Origin: Rhina ancylostomus
Lineage: Eukaryota
Length of the DNA: 64,000 nucleotides
Direction of reading: 5' to 3'
Assembly (NCBI GenBank): GCA_030265395.1
Contig: JARFYF010000017.1
Span: 39,276,767-39,340,766, forward strand
The notes under the pieces were generated by a model. It searched no databases. It was not told the DNA's origin and was given only the letters and a program-made list of their open reading frames with translations. Numbering within the stretch: position 1 is the stretch's first letter; every line of letters starts with the position of its first letter. Position numbers and translations under genes: made by a program. Positions 1-13,949 of the stretch are shown piece after piece.

Positions 1-236
1 GACCACACTCAGAGAAAATCAAGTTGAATGATTTACTCCATTCCAGGCCATTCAGATCCACATCACAGCAGAAGGAAAGAAAAAGAGAGCGAATGGAAAC
101 AGTATGAGAACAAATCCTCAAGTGTTGGTCCACTGAAGGCTTACACATAACTTCATTTTGAATAGAAGCTTCACCAAAATACTTTGAGTTTTACAAAGGC
201 TGGCATATATGCCGAAAATTGAAAATGAAGTCTGAC

Positions 237-427
237 CTGTTTATAATTCTACGATGTACCACTTTGAGGATTATAATCCTTTCTGTGCTGTCCTTTAGAA
301 ATTCTGTCATCTTATTTTTTAAAACAGGCTTTGTTTCATGTTTAGCTATAACTTTCAAGTGATCCCACGAAGCTTTGCATTTCTTTTCCAGCTGAACAAG
401 ACTTTCCGCCAGTTGGTCAAAGTCAAC
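237..427 (-). CDS. FHOD1: FHOD1 FH2 exon (VDFDQLAESL...VVHRRIINR), 191 nt, phase 0->2
   Basis: cag|GTTGAC acceptor at 428-429 and AG|gtcaga donor at 235-236; strong FHOD FH2 similarity. Confidence 0.95.
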
Positions 428-1084
428 CTGTGAACACAGACCAGAGGCTCTGTAATGAGAACAGCCCGAGAACAGCTTGGCATCGCATAAACACTCACAG
501 GTCAGAGCAGAAATAGAACGTAAATTCACAGTGCAAGAATTACAGCAGCTGGCGACAAATGTGGCCCAGTAAACAAAAAGACACGGCATTTAAGTAAACT
601 TTGAAAGTTTTAATCACATACTTGTGGTCCAAAAATATACAAAATGATCTAACTTAGGATCAATTTCATTTGCTTACATTGGGAAAGATAAGTTCTATGT
701 TCTGATTGCAAGTTATCCTCTGGTGTTTATGTTATTGTGATAACTAAGCTGCTTAAATTAAAATGGTTCTTCAACAACAAACATCTATAGATTTTCAGAA
801 AACTACAGTTCAGTCAGAGCCCTTGCATTTGGTAGGGCAGAGAATCTGCTTCTTTCCTGGTATGACAATTGGAATAGGAAGAGAAAACCATGTGAATGCA
901 AAGGCCCAGTCCCAGAATGATGCTGACTGCAGCACCAGCACCTAACTCTGCTGGGGCACAGTGGCATCAACTTGAATTTTTATGGTGTTGACATATATTA
1001 ATGTGGTAAAACATCCAAGGCAGTAGAAGTAACAAACAAAGAAGTCACACTGCACTGGACAAGTGACTTGTCCAGAGATGGAAT

Positions 1085-1319
1085 TTTTTTTATATTTAAA
1101 TTTTTTTAATTTTATTTACAGCGTGGTAACAGGCCCTTCTGGCCCAACGAGTCTGCGCCGCCCATTTTAAACCCCAAATTAACCNNNNNNNNNNNNNNNN
1201 NNNNNNNNNNNNNNNNNNNNNNNNNNNNNNNNNNNNNNNNNNNNNNNNNNNNNNNNNNNNNNNNNNNNNNNNNNNNNNNNNNNNGCGTCGTGCTAACCAC
1301 TACGCTACCGTGCCGCCCC
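1085..1319 (-). mobile_element. tRNA-derived SINE (middle part is N)
   Basis: Minus strand starts ggggcggcacggtagcgtagtggttagcacg (tRNA-like A box) and ends ...gggccagaagggcctgttacc...A-rich tail. Confidence 0.75.
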
Positions 1320-1629
1320 TTTGAAGTTGCATTTCAAAGGAGGAGAGAGAGGGATGATGATAAGCAAAGGATTGGGGAAGGAATTCCAGACATGGGGCCA
1401 AGAAGAGAAGGGGCAGCACTAACTGTAGGGCTTACAGCTCATATGTAACTACAAAGATAATTTGAACATTGACCAAATACCACACCGTCCAGCAGTTGCA
1501 GTACTTCTAAGACTGAACTAAGATCACTGATGACTCAATGTGTCAGAAGCCTCATGGAGTACATAACCTGTGTGGATCATGTTATCCTGCACTGAACCTC
1601 AGTATGGCATGTCCCTTCTTGCTACTTAC

Positions 1630-1791
1630 CTTGGCAGATCTTGCAATCGCTGCAATTTCTGAATATACATCTGTTGTGTCTGGGAAGTTCTCCACTACCA
1701 GGTTACATGTATGATACAGCAAAGATTGCCTCTGGATAGTATCTTTCACTTCAGACACTTTCTCCAAATAACTCAGTTCAAATCCTTTGGC
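1630..1791 (-). CDS. FHOD1: FHOD1 FH2 exon ([18 protein letters not shown]...IARSAK), 162 nt
   Basis: ttccccctag|GCC acceptor, AAG|gtaagt donor; 54 codons. Confidence 0.96.
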
Positions 1792-1890
1792 CTAGGGGGA
1801 AAAATAAATTGAACATGTAAACTTCAAGCGTGGAATTTTTGGGGTTTCGGATTGCAATCCCACTGTTTTGAAAATAGAATGATTTCTTAC

Positions 1891-2010
1891 ACTGGAGTTA
1901 TTCAGAAAATTTCCAATAGCAAGCAGAGTTGCCAAAAGCGATTTAAAGGTTTTATTCTTCGCAAGCTGCTCCATTCCAAGCTTCAAGTCAAACAATGGTT
2001 CGGCTATTTC
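1891..2010 (-). CDS. FHOD1: FHOD1 FH2 exon ([10 protein letters not shown]...IGNFLNNSS), 120 nt
   Basis: acag|GAA acceptor, AGT|gtaaga donor; contains the formin GNxxN post motif (GNFLN); followed by a 99-bp intron. Confidence 0.96.
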
Positions 2011-2644
2011 CTGTGATAAAACAAAACCCTCCATTTTAGAAGTTTCCATTCAAACCTCTTTAGAGATCATTTTAAACATGCTATCAGTCATTAAGGTATT
2101 AAATGTGCAGACTGTAGGTATAAATCTATAGCAATGAACAGATTCACAAACTTCTTGAATTATTCTTTTCTACTAAAAGCCTGCCTTCCCAGACTTAAAG
2201 CTGCATATCCAATGTGCAGATGAAAGATCATCATGTTCCAAATGTACTTTGTAGAGTACTTAAGCATCACTAACTACCACATGCCTGTCAATTCAAGTAT
2301 TTCAATGTGGCTCTAAATATACAAGTGAAGTTAAATTATACACAGTTAAACATCTAGAATTACACAAACTGCCCATTATCTGCAAAATCAACTAAAGTGT
2401 ACTAGCATTAGGACTTCCATTATGACTGTTAATTACTTAATAGGGAATTTGAATTGCAATTCACTTTTCTTGCTTTATCTATGAAGCTCTCTATGTGTAT
2501 TTATAGTCTTCTCAATGCAAATCATTTTCAGTTCTACATTACACAAGGTTCAATACACCTGACAGAAAATCTAGTTGTCCAATTTGAGATTACATTTCTT
2601 TTAAAAGCTGTAGTATTTGTTAACTATGTATGACATAGCTTCAC

Positions 2645-2827
2645 CTTTTCCATGACCTCATAGTCTAGTTTAAAAGCCCAGAGCTGCAGCCTGGCCTTGA
2701 TCCCATTGATGGAGGACAAGGTTAAAAGGAATTGCTCAGCTGTACCCAGGGGAACATCAGGATTTGCCAACTGAGCTTCTTGGATCTTCTGCTTCTCTTC
2801 TTCAGTGGGAACCATGGTCAAAATTTT
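2645..2827 (-). CDS. FHOD1: FHOD1 FH2 exon ([14 protein letters not shown]...YEVMEK), 183 nt
   Basis: ttgcag|AAA acceptor, AAG|gtgaag donor; 61 codons. Confidence 0.96.
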
Positions 2828-4059
2828 CTGCAAGGAGAATGAGCGGGGTGAGAGCATGGTGAGCAGCGGAAATCACAAACAACATAATACTTTGACTTAA
2901 AGCTAATGATTAAACTCCTTTGAGAAGGGAAATCCTTCAGTTTTATGCACACATTTAGTTTTAGTTATTTGATATCTTAATTTCAAATCGGTGCAGTAAT
3001 GCATGTATATAATCTTCCAAAGACTCCTTAATAATTACAAGAAATATTTTAAAGGAGACTCAGACAAAATTCTTGATGGATTTACAGGGAATCAAATAGG
3101 GCTTCCTAAAAAAAAATCGATGCAGTATATGAATTGTACATTTATTACAGAGCACAGAAAATATGTAAACTCAGATGAATAGATTTTTGAGAGATATGGA
3201 TGTTTGGGATGTTAAGCCAAAGCAGGAATATAAGCTGAAGGTCAGTGTGTTCTGGAGAAAGAGGCAGAAGTGGTTGAATGATCTACTCTTCTTCCTGTAC
3301 AGTTGATGCAATCCAGGTAAATAGAATGGTAAAGTAGGTCTTTATTACACCATATTCACTGTAAATTTTGAGAACAAAATGATGATCGAGGTAGTTGATA
3401 TGTCCATTAATGTTGAGCATTAGGGAAATGTAAAAGTCATTGCCACAGTGAGCTGGTATACAGAATGTCAGTGATTCAATTGTGTAAGAGCACAGTTGAT
3501 AGCTAAAGTAAACTAGAGTCTTATAATTAATCCCAGATTTTATTAATAATAAGACTCAACATGACTCAACCAAGAGCCAGATTTTTGCTGTGAAAGTTGC
3601 CACTGTGATTCATTTAAAACCTATGTACCAGGACTTACACCCTTTTTGCCATGAGACTCTCAGACCTCCAGTTTCCAAGCAGTCTTCATTAAGTGTGCTA
3701 GAACCAGTGAAAACAAGCCAGAGATTGGCACCCGTGGGTGAGTAATATTCTCCTAATGATCCTAGCACAGACAGTGCTCAAGCAAGGCTTGGTCATTACA
3801 CTGACCATTTTAATCTTCTTCTCCATAATACCACACCTCAACTTAACTTCACAAGCTTCCCACTTCTTCTCCACTTCTGAAACAAGTTAACCTTTACTGA
3901 TGCACAGGAGAGGGTCATGTTTGCACTAAATATTAAGAAGACAGGGGTTCTCTGCCAACCTGTCCCTGCTGCATGACACCAATCCTAACAATCAAGCTCC
4001 ACAGGAAGGTCCTGACAAATGGCATACCCTTTCCATATCTTAAAACCACTTCCCAGTAA

Positions 4060-4650
4060 AGGTTAGCCTTGAAAGACAATGATCAAGAACTGAAACCAAT
4101 ACCAAGTTTAAAGTCTACCAAACAGCAGTGACCCTCACCCTCCAGTGCACATTAAGGACATGGACAACTGGCATTAGACACCCCAAAGCATTGGAGTGGG
4201 ACCACTAATGCTGTCTCCATGGAATCCTCCAAATTCTTGGGAAGGTGTGGCAAGCAAGTGTCAGCATCCTCTCCCAAGCCAACACTGTCAGTATCGAGGT
4301 TCAGGACATGTTCAATCAGCTCAACACCAGATTCCTGAGATAAGCACTCATCTCCAAATTCCGACACAAGAAAGATTTTTTTGGGAGGAAAGGGAAAATT
4401 CTTTGAGGACATTCTCCTTGGAAAAATCCCTTACCTGAGATGATCAAACTGGAAAAGAATCACCTGTGAAGACATTGGGCACCTCTGTCCAATCAACAAG
4501 GGCAAATGGAGACCAGGACCAAAGAACAGAAGTGGACAATTTACCAAACAACCAACTCACTCGCCCCATCAAACACCACCTGCCCCACCTGTGGCAGGTC
4601 TGCCAACCCCTCAGAGGATTCATCAGCCACAGAACTAGAGTGGAAGCAAG
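4060..4650 (+). mobile_element. RTE-clade LINE 3' fragment (decayed)
   Basis: TKFKVYQTAV-like and C-terminal CPTCGR (tgccccacctgtggcagg) remnants typical of RTE ORF ends. Confidence 0.65.
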
Positions 4651-6769
4651 TCAACCTCAATCTTCAGGGACCACCAAAGAAGGAAAAGAGGACCAAGAGA
4701 AGTGTGCCTGGGAAAATGGTACTTGGAGATGAACAACATTCTCCTTGTAATGGAGTATAATGTACAATATTTGTTACTGACAGTTTGGTCACAGCCAGAT
4801 TACGATTCTATGCCAAAGTGGCTTCCCTTCCCTGTAGGAAAATATAACTTGAAAGATAACTGACTCTTTAAATTCCAGCTGAATATATATCTGATAACTG
4901 AGACAAGGGAAGGAAAATAAATAAAATTAACACAAAATAAATTAAATTTAATTGTTCTTGGACCGTAAAGATGTCTTATACCCAACAAGAAGGGATTGAT
5001 GTTAGAAGGTTACATCTATGAAGCAAAGTCTAATACAAAATGTTATCCTCGAAACACTGGCAGATGATTGGTTGGATCATCTTTGGAACTAGGTTAGAGG
5101 CTACAATGTGTCCAGTGTGCTCCCTGGACACAGGCAGGGAAGAAACCAAACAAACATCTAACTAGTCCTGTACACTTTCGAACGAAGAAGTAAAATGGTG
5201 GGAAATTTCCATGGGAAGATTTTGAGAAAAATAATCAAAACAGAACAACCAGGAGTATTGCCTTGCCCCCACCAACAGAATATTCCTTAAGCTGGGAAAA
5301 TATTGCCATACTTTTAAAGACAAGCCAGCACTGAAATGTATTTCTTGCCAGAATGCCATGTTTAGTCACATTGATCAGCCTTTAAAAAAAGTTTTCCACA
5401 GAGTGCTGCCAGCTTTGTAATAGCCCAAGTCAACATGTTGAAATGCTCAGAGCCACAGTAGAGATTAGTCAGCAGCATGCACAATAAATTATATTTGACT
5501 GCTTTTGGAAGGGCATATTTGCATATCCTTGATATACCAACTCATATTGCCTCTCCCCAACCCCACTTGCCTTTGAGATAAAAATCACTGAACATCACAC
5601 AGTTCGACTGGTGGAAAGTGTTTTTTTCTGGAGCAGCTGTGGACAACACAATGTCAGTCTAGGAATTGAAGCAGAAGCAACTCATAGCAAAACAATCCAC
5701 TCAGAAGACAGTCTATTTAAAGATTGAAAGGAAATAGAAACCACAAATTCACTGAAGAAAGCAGGGTAATTTCTCTAGGAAAATGTAGTGAGTGGAGGAT
5801 GTCAAAAATAAATAAAATGGGGAGGAATTATCTTTTTACTGGCACACCCTGGATAGGCTGTATGGCCTTCTGTGCCATACATTTTCTATGATTTCTTATG
5901 GTGCTGCAGCATTTAAACTCCCATGTGCCTCTCCACACTTAAATGTGCTTGTTTGATGCAAGGTTGAAACCTGATATTATACATGGCATTTGGATGTAGA
6001 GCAAGGATGGGGGCAGTGAGATGGAGGGAATAAGGTGGAGGGAGAACGTTTAGTCATGATGCTCCAGCCATCATTGTGTGGGGCAGGATCAATGGATTCT
6101 TAATCTTCTCTTGTTGCTCAATTTTGTGTGCTCAAAGTAAAACTTGGAGTGTCTTATTGACTGACACTTGGAATAAAAAAGAAGTGCTGGGAATGCTGAA
6201 CGAGTCAGCAAACATTTTCATCCTTGACAACACTGGATTAGTGATGGTAGTGGTAGATGAGGAAGAAACTAAAATGGACTCTGTGACACAATCAACCACT
6301 ACTATGAATGAACTATTCAATAAATTTTGAACTTGACAATAGCCACCTCTTATCCTGATACTTTCACCTATACATCCACCTTTTGGCCAAAATCTTCCCT
6401 AATACCATCACCCCAAGCAGACCCTTTCTCCGACCTTTATATTCCTGATCCACACATTTGATGAGGATGGAGATAGGTGGAGAGTGGCTTCACTTCCATT
6501 AAAGGAAGGAACTTTACACTTTCCATGGACTTCCATGGTGAAGGATAGAGTGTGTAGAGATTGGATTTCTGTGATGCAAATGGGATTGTTAGGAATAGGA
6601 TGCTGAAAAGTGGATGAAGCCATTCAAAAAATCATGGATGTCGGAAGAATGAAATGGGATAACTGGAGAAATAGAATAAGGAACAGCTCTTGACCAATCA
6701 CATTACATCAACAACTTGAGATAATGATAAGCTACTCCCATTTACGCCTCCTCTAGACTACATGTTTTT

Positions 6770-6995
6770 CATGACTTGTCCTATTTCCATCTATCTTGGT
6801 CTTTGCACCATCGGTTTTGTCATTTAATCTCTTCTTCCTGCTGACCTTCCTTTTCTTCCCTCTCTATTTTTTCTGTTTTTTAAAACTTATATTATCTATG
6901 ATATTTTCTAGTTCTGATGGAAGGCCATTGATATGACTCAAATTCTCTACAGATGCTGCCTGACTTGCTGAATGTTTCTAGCAGTTTGTTTTCAC
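6770..6995 (+). mobile_element. Penelope-like terminal-repeat fragment, degenerate hammerhead remnant at ~6911-6940
   Basis: ...agttctgatggaagg...acagatgctgcctgacttgctgaatgtttctagcag; same family as 22528-23018. Confidence 0.55.
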
Positions 6996-7094
6996 TCTCT
7001 GCTTTTGCTGAATCCACATAAGCATACCGACCTGGGCCTGCAATTTCAGGGGGTCACGCAGCTGGGAAATAGGCCTTGGGCCTGTCAAGTCCGT

Positions 7095-7395
7095 GCCAAC
7101 AACCAAACATGCATTTACCCTATTCCCAAAGTAAACCCACTTTTTTCCTCCTCATATTTCCCTCAAATCCTCCCAGATTCTATTACTCACCTACACACAA
7201 AGGTCAATTTATAATGGCCAATCAATCCAACAGTCTGCACGTCTTTTGGGTTGTGTGAGGAAACTGATGCACCTGGAGCAAACCTATGCAGTTGTGTGGA
7301 GAACATGCAAACTCCAGACAGACAGCGTCCGAGGTCAGCAATACATCCGGTTCATTGAAACTGTGAGGCAGCAGCTTTACTAGTTGCACCACTGT
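7095..7395 (-). mobile_element. HE1/V-SINE-type tRNA SINE
   Basis: Reverse complement gives ggtgcaactagtaaagctgctgcctcacag...tctggagtttgcatgttctcc (V-domain-like). Confidence 0.75.
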
Positions 7396-7420
7396 ACTGG
7401 TTCAAGTCTGGATTCCTTAC

Positions 7421-7576
7421 CTCAATGCCTTCTTTGTTGATTGCATATTCATCAAAGTTGAGAATGGCATTTTTGATGATGTGTACTGGAGGCAACACTG
7501 TAAGACCGATGTTAATTGCGTTACTTCTCTTTGGATCCAGTACGATTAACCCTTGCTTCTTGGCATCCCCTCCTTT
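7421..7576 (-). CDS. FHOD1: FHOD1 FH2 exon ([32 protein letters not shown]...KEGIE), 156 nt; not in the ORF track
   Basis: ttctag|AAA acceptor, GAG|gtaagg donor; hand translation gives the conserved [13 protein letters not shown] actin-binding motif. Confidence 0.96.
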
Positions 7577-10500
7577 CTAGAAGTTAAAATAACACATTCT
7601 GTGAAATCATCATATCCCATTTAAAAAAAATACTTTAAGTGCAATAGTTGCTGAACCAAGGAGCTGCCAGCAACACCCATCCCCTCCTTCACTACATCCC
7701 AATCGCCCCACCTCCTGTAGACATACTACAGCTGCAAAATCAATCCATTGCCCATCGTTATATTAGCTGCCAGCCCACATCCAACAGGTTCAGATAAAAC
7801 AATTGACAGCTGCTTTGCAGAGAGGAAGTTAGTGAGTCCCTTCCTCCCCCAATTTCCTACACATTAGCTTCCTGAGACCAGATTTTCCAGGAAGGAGGAG
7901 ATAAATACAGTATTATGGAACAACTCATTGGGGCTACTTGAGAAATCTTTCTATGCAGCCAATCTGGTCCTGTGGAAAAAGATTGTCTGTCTGATATAAC
8001 AAGCTGCTTAACCACTCAATAAAAATTCCCCAATTTTCATAATAAGGCATTTTTTTTCCAAGAACAGTTTTTATAAGTTGGTAAATTATAAAATTTTCAC
8101 CCTTTTATTATTTAACATAGTTCATTTTAGTTCCCACACCCACTAGTATTCAGGAGTCACAGACCAGTCAGAACCAACAACATGATCTACCAGAGAGATA
8201 ACTGTGAAACAGACAAGAGTTCACATTATTCAAGGACTGGATCCCATTGCTTGCAACTTCATTGCTCCCTCAGGTGCTGAATACATTTTGCATTTATTGG
8301 TTTCATAAGAACCTTAAGTATTTGTGTTGTGCAGAATATGCCTTACGTTAGAACTCTGCAAGGTCCTTCATTGACCATAGAGTTTTGGGACACCAAGAAG
8401 TCACAAATATACCATGGAATTGCAAATCTTTCTTTCAGAAGGCGACTGATATTCAGCCAAAAGTGATCTTTGCAAGTGCATTTCAGCAGAACTTATGCTT
8501 TAAGAATGGCAAGGAAGGTAATCTTTTTGCAGGCCAATAACTCAGGCAAATACAGCCATTAGCTGACCTGGAAACCTAACATTATGAGTTTGCAAAGCCA
8601 AACGAAAAATCCCTCCACTGACGGATGTTGTAAGATAACCCTAACCCCTACCCTTTCATGTTTATATAGAAAATGAAATAACTCTGCATGGGATTACTTG
8701 AAGTTGCAGCTCAACAAGTTTATCCAGTGAGTTGTTAAACCAACAAGATGTGGAATTAATCATGGGTATGTGCAGAACTAATCACAGCCATTATTACTGC
8801 ATCCCGCTATATGTGCACTTGAGTGGATAGTGGATGAGCTCAGAAGCAGGCCCTATTATAGTGCTCTTGTGGGCAAGATGCTTGTTGACGCTCACCTTCA
8901 AAACTGGCATGTAAAATGACTACTGACCAAGGAGCTTATACTGGCAGTTTGGTCAGTACCCTGAGAAAATAAATATGGAAATGAAGAAAAAGTGCAATGA
9001 TGTAGCATCTTTCATGATATCAAGATGCTGCAAATTGCCTTACAGCAAATGAAGTAATCTAATTAGCATACAGATCCAGCCTAAAGCAAAAAAAGCTCAA
9101 CAGTTAAAATATTAATACCCCCTTCCGGTCTATGTTCCAAACCTTAAATGACAGGATGCTCAATCTGTTCATCCAAGCAATGCTCTACTGATAGTCAGCA
9201 AGTAACATAAGGAAACATCTTAACCTAATCGTCAACACTCTGCACAAAGACAGCAGCTCACACTCATTTCCAAGCTCATCTACTCTTCAAGAGTAAATTC
9301 CAAAATGGACCATTGGTAGTCTACAGTAACTTTTTAACAAGTTATAGGCTGGTTTGGTTTTCCTTGATGCTTAAACAGAACGTGATCCTCCTAAGATCCT
9401 CCTAAATGTTTTACTGAATTACTTGAATATTTATTAACTTAAGATAGTTATTTTTTTATTCTTTTAGTCATTTGAAGATTCATCAGTTAAACATTTAAAA
9501 CAGTTGCAAAACCTGGGAGTAATTATGACATTTTATTGCTTCCTTAAACATATTTAGGGCTAGAAATCATAGAATTTTAATTTCCCTAAGGGTCTAAAGC
9601 AAGACAATCAGAAAGATCTTTGTTCCAGGCTGTGGCTTTAAAAATGCTTTCCTTTTTTCAATAGGAAATGATTCAGAGAGTGAGGAATTAGTTTAAGTGC
9701 AGTAACTGAAGAGTTCATGTCAGTCTGTAAGCCCCTTTAATTTTGCCGACAAGTTCAGCAGGATTTGTTTTGGGACGTATTCATCAGGAATTCCAGTAAA
9801 ATCTCATGTCACTGCAGAAAATGGATATGTATTTTAACATTAATCAACAGTGTTCCCTTCAATATTTATTCATTTGCAATCTGTTCTCCCTCCTCTTCTG
9901 CTCGGGCATCAGGAGCACTGATGGTTAACCTGAGACAGCCCTCTGTAAAGGGTTCTCAATATTGATCACTCTGACAGGATGCACATAGAAGCCACTGATC
10001 GCTAACAAAGAAATCATCCATATTGACACTGTACTTCACTCCTCCCTCCCCACCTCTGAATAATTGTAGCCTCAACAAACCTTCAACTCTGTGGTACAGT
10101 GCACTGGTAACTGGGTATGTTTTGGGAACATCCTACATGGGTTTGTAATTCAAGTACAATGATTTAAATGTTTATACACCATAGAAACAGTAATTTCTTT
10201 GCACGATATTGACCAGTCACTAATGTTGTAATAAGGTAGAAACCAATAAAGCCATGAACATGCCTGTGCAGGGATTCAAAGTCTTTTGGATGAAGCATTA
10301 AATTATGATGTGTCTAGCCTCATGAAGAATACGATCCTCTGGCAGTAATTGAGTAAGTCAGACCTGGTTGTTCAGCTTAACGCTTATTTCTGAACTTGTA
10401 ACACTGAGAAAAAGATATCTTGCTATTATCATTATGCTGTTTGCTGGAACTTGTTATGTGAACATTGTTGTCACCTTTCCAACAGCAATAAACAGACTGC

Positions 10501-10898
10501 AAAATTATGTCACTGGGTAGAAAGTGTTTCAGGCACCAGGAAGTATTATTAACATGAATGTCTTCAATCTTTCAGCCCTACGAGGATGGCGTTAAAATTC
10601 CCAGAATTGCTCAAAACTAAAACACACATTGTTCTTGCTGTTTAGAATGTTAGATCATTCACTGTTTGCAACCCTGCAAACGATAAGGGCAGTGGACTTG
10701 AAGTCATTGTTTGGTGGACAGTAGCACAGGGTAGGTCCAGTGGAAATGCGAAGGGAGTTATTGCCTGGACGAAGACTGTGGGACTACTCCTGGAACATCC
10801 AGTTAAGCAATATTTAGGAAGCAGCTGCTCCAATCCAAAAGTATTGAATCACTGATAAAAAGTACTTCAGCTGTCATCGATCTCCCAGAGTATTGGGA

Positions 10899-11221
10899 GG
10901 GGTGGCGGCAGTGGGTGATGCAGTAGCGCAGCAGTTAATGCTGCTGACCCACAGCTCCCGAGACCCAGCTTTGATCCTGATTTCAAGTGCTGTCTGTGTG
11001 GAGTTTACAAGTTCTCCCTGAGACAACATGGGTTTCTGTGAGTGCTCCAGTTCCCTCCCACATCCCAAAGACTTACTGGGTGGTAGATTAACTAGCTAAT
11101 CTAAATTGCCACCAGGGTAAGTAAGTGGCAGGAGAATCAGGGAGGGGGCAGATGTTGATGAGGATGTGAGAGGAGAGATGAGATTACTTCAGGATTGGTA
11201 TAGGTGCAGTGGGCTGAAGAG
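10899..11221 (+). mobile_element. HE1/V-SINE-type tRNA SINE
   Basis: agtagcgcagcagttaatgctgctgacccacagctccc...tgctgtctgtgtggagttt...gttccctcccacatcccaaagac. Confidence 0.8.
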
Positions 11222-12571
11222 CNNNNNNNNNNATTCCATGATGCTAAAACCATCCAGTGTCCAATAGGCCTTGGAGAAAATGACAGAAACACAGATTGCA
11301 AGGCAATAGGATGTAGCAGCAAGGAAACTGGTTCACCAAGGAAGCCAGTTGACCACCTCGATCTATCAATTTTATTAGATGAGGTTCAATGAAAGGTGGA
11401 GGAAAGGAGAAAAAGGATAGTAATTACGTCTCACTTTTTTATTTATTTCTGTTTGTAGCAAAAGCGTCTCACTGTTACTGGAAGCACCACAGGCCAGAGC
11501 AAAGAAAAGGGGATACCTGGAACCCGAGTAAACAAGACAACCATTTGTGGATTCCCCAAGTCAATTAGACTAAAGAACCATGAAATTAACAGCTAAGGAA
11601 GTGGGGTTGAACTTAATGTCAGATTTGGTACTGAGGCCTAGACATTGCTGTGCCCTCTGAAAGGCACACTCTCGGCTTTCTGAGTAACACACCGACAATC
11701 ATTTTGGATACAGTGGGGGTGAAAGGACACCAGTGTTGGGGAGGAGGGTGGAGAGATTAGCATATCAGAGCTTTCAAAATACTGGGGCTTCTGTCAATCA
11801 GGGTGAGGAGGTCAGTGGTTGGGATGTGACCAATGGGACTTACCCAGATCAGGTCACTGGAGTACCCATGTTTCAATTTGATTTGGAAATGGTCAAAATG
11901 GCATCCAACTCTGGAAAGAGATGCCAACTTTCAGATGCTTAGTGTTGAATTAAAACTGCACAAGGCCTGTCCAAAGCTCCAGTTACAGAGAGACAAAAGG
12001 AAAGAATTGTTGGATAACAGGAAAGAGATGAAAGTGAAAGAAAAATGTTTTAGCTTTTTAAAAAATCTCCAATAAGAATTAACACCTGAAGGAGAGAATG
12101 CACACCCAAAACTGTCCGAGGAGGGTTGGCAGTAATTAACACAGCTCCACGTTCCAGGGTTGGTATCCGCAGCTGTAGACCCATGTGCTGCTCTCCTAAC
12201 TCAGTCTCTGTCATCCCTGCACGATCACAAGGTCTGCTCCTGGCCAATAGATACACTGGCCACACCAGCTGGCTCAGCACCAGGTTTGCCAACAATTGAC
12301 CTGGAATCCTCAGGAGCTTTCCCAACTCCTTATAAGGTGTAGCCCCTGGTACCATCATGCAGAATGCTGCAGAGAGGGGAAGAGCAGTGTGATCCCCCTC
12401 ACCCCATACCCTGCTGTCCCTAGGGCCCCGAACATTCTGGGTCCTGGGGCCAGGGGCCAGACTGGGGCTGGAACCGGGGAATTGGGGATGAAATACAGAG
12501 ACCCATGAACCAAAATGGTTTTGGAGTTCAGATGTAGGCTGCTACCGACTCTAGACACAGACACACTGTAC

Positions 12572-12736
12572 TGGGCACAGGAATGTCACCGTTATAACAG
12601 TGGGGTATAATCCTGTTAGGCATAGGTTTGTCATCATACAACATTGGGACATGCTAGTTTAGGACACAGGCTTGTCACTATATGACACAGGGGTATGATA
12701 CTTGTGGGCACAGGTCTGTCACTGTGTAACCATGGG
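12572..12736 (+). repeat. Degenerate minisatellite, ~44-bp unit x ~3.7
   Basis: Repeated gg(c/a)cacagg.(t)tgtcac.(g/a)tat.aca.(t)ggggta..at unit starting near 12572, 12618, 12662 and 12706. Confidence 0.65.
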
Positions 12737-13019
12737 AAACAGCACTTATAGCCATATATCTCATCTATGTGAAAATGAGGAATTCCCAGAAAAAGCAGGG
12801 CTGTGGGTATTATGAGTGGCAGGAAGCAGATGAAGAAAAACTTAGCTTTTATGTACTTTTCTAAATGAGCCATACTTTAGAGTTTGCCTCTGCCTCAGAA
12901 GCTCCACAGTGACCTTGTGACTGTCGGCTTTTGATTGGATCATTCAAATAAAATCCCTTTCTTCTCAAGAATCAGAGGAAGGCTCAAGTGCTTTTAATAA
13001 GAGCAGGGGAGATTTTTTA

Positions 13020-13196
13020 AAGAAACAAATACTATGGATGCTGGAAACCTGAAATAAGACAGAAAATGCTTTAAATACTCAGCAGCTCAGGCTGCATCTG
13101 TAGACAGAGAAATAGAGTTGACCTGAGTAATTAACTCTGCTTCTCTCTCCTTGGATGCAGCCTGACTTGCTGAGTATTTCCAGCATTTTCTGTTTA
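13020..13196. mobile_element. Palindromic Penelope-terminus-derived MITE-like element
   Basis: acagaaaatgct..aaatactcagcagctcaggctgcatc (13059-13098) is the reverse complement of gatgcagcctgacttgctgagtatttccagcattttctgt (~13154-13193). Confidence 0.75.
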
Positions 13197-13244
13197 AATA
13201 CGAAAATTTCTCACTTCCTCTGGATGAACGTTGCAATCCGTGAA

Positions 13245-13385
13245 CCCATGAACACTACCTCGTTATTCCTCTTTTGCACTATTTGTTTTTGTAACTTGTA
13301 GTAATCTTTACATCTTGCACTGTACTGCGACCACAAAATAACAAATTTCTCAACATATGTCAGTGATAATAAGCCTGATTCAGTA
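13245..13385 (+). mobile_element. Rex1/Babar-type LINE 3' UTR fragment (related copies at ~14480-14600 and ~35310-35395)
   Basis: ttgcactgtactgc...caaaa..acaaatttc..acatatgtcagtgataataa.cctgattc recurs in three places. Confidence 0.6.
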
Positions 13386-13949
13386 TCCCCCTTCACTGAC
13401 ACAAATTGATCCTTTTCTTCTTGCCCTGGGTTTTGTTTTCATCAAATGCACTGGTAAATTTTCCAACTATTCTATTAATATTCTACAAGAAAAAGACATT
13501 GCCTAAATTCCTTAAAGCAAACGTAAAATACTGTAAGGTGCTGTATATCTGAAATCAACAATCTTCAATNNNNNNNNNNNNNNNNNACCAAAGAGCTGTA
13601 ACTTGGTTATTATTAGACTTATAGTTTGCACACTTAACCACTGGAAACTGAACCCCTTTGACAATCTCCACAATTCCTTCTTCCCTCATTACTTCAAGGT
13701 GCAATCCTGCAAAATTTTGAACTCCTTTTTCCATTTAAGTCTCACCATCTAACAATGGTCATTATTGAATTTCATTGCCCCCACCCTCTCTGCCTGTTGA
13801 TGCAACCTCTGGATCACTGCACGTTAGGAAGTGCCCAACTTGCAAATTTAAATTCTTTAAATGAAATTTCATCCTCTTCACTCCTGCATCACCTGCTCAC
13901 ACCGGTACCCTTCGCTATTTTCCTTTCAAACACCTTGCCACATATCTGG

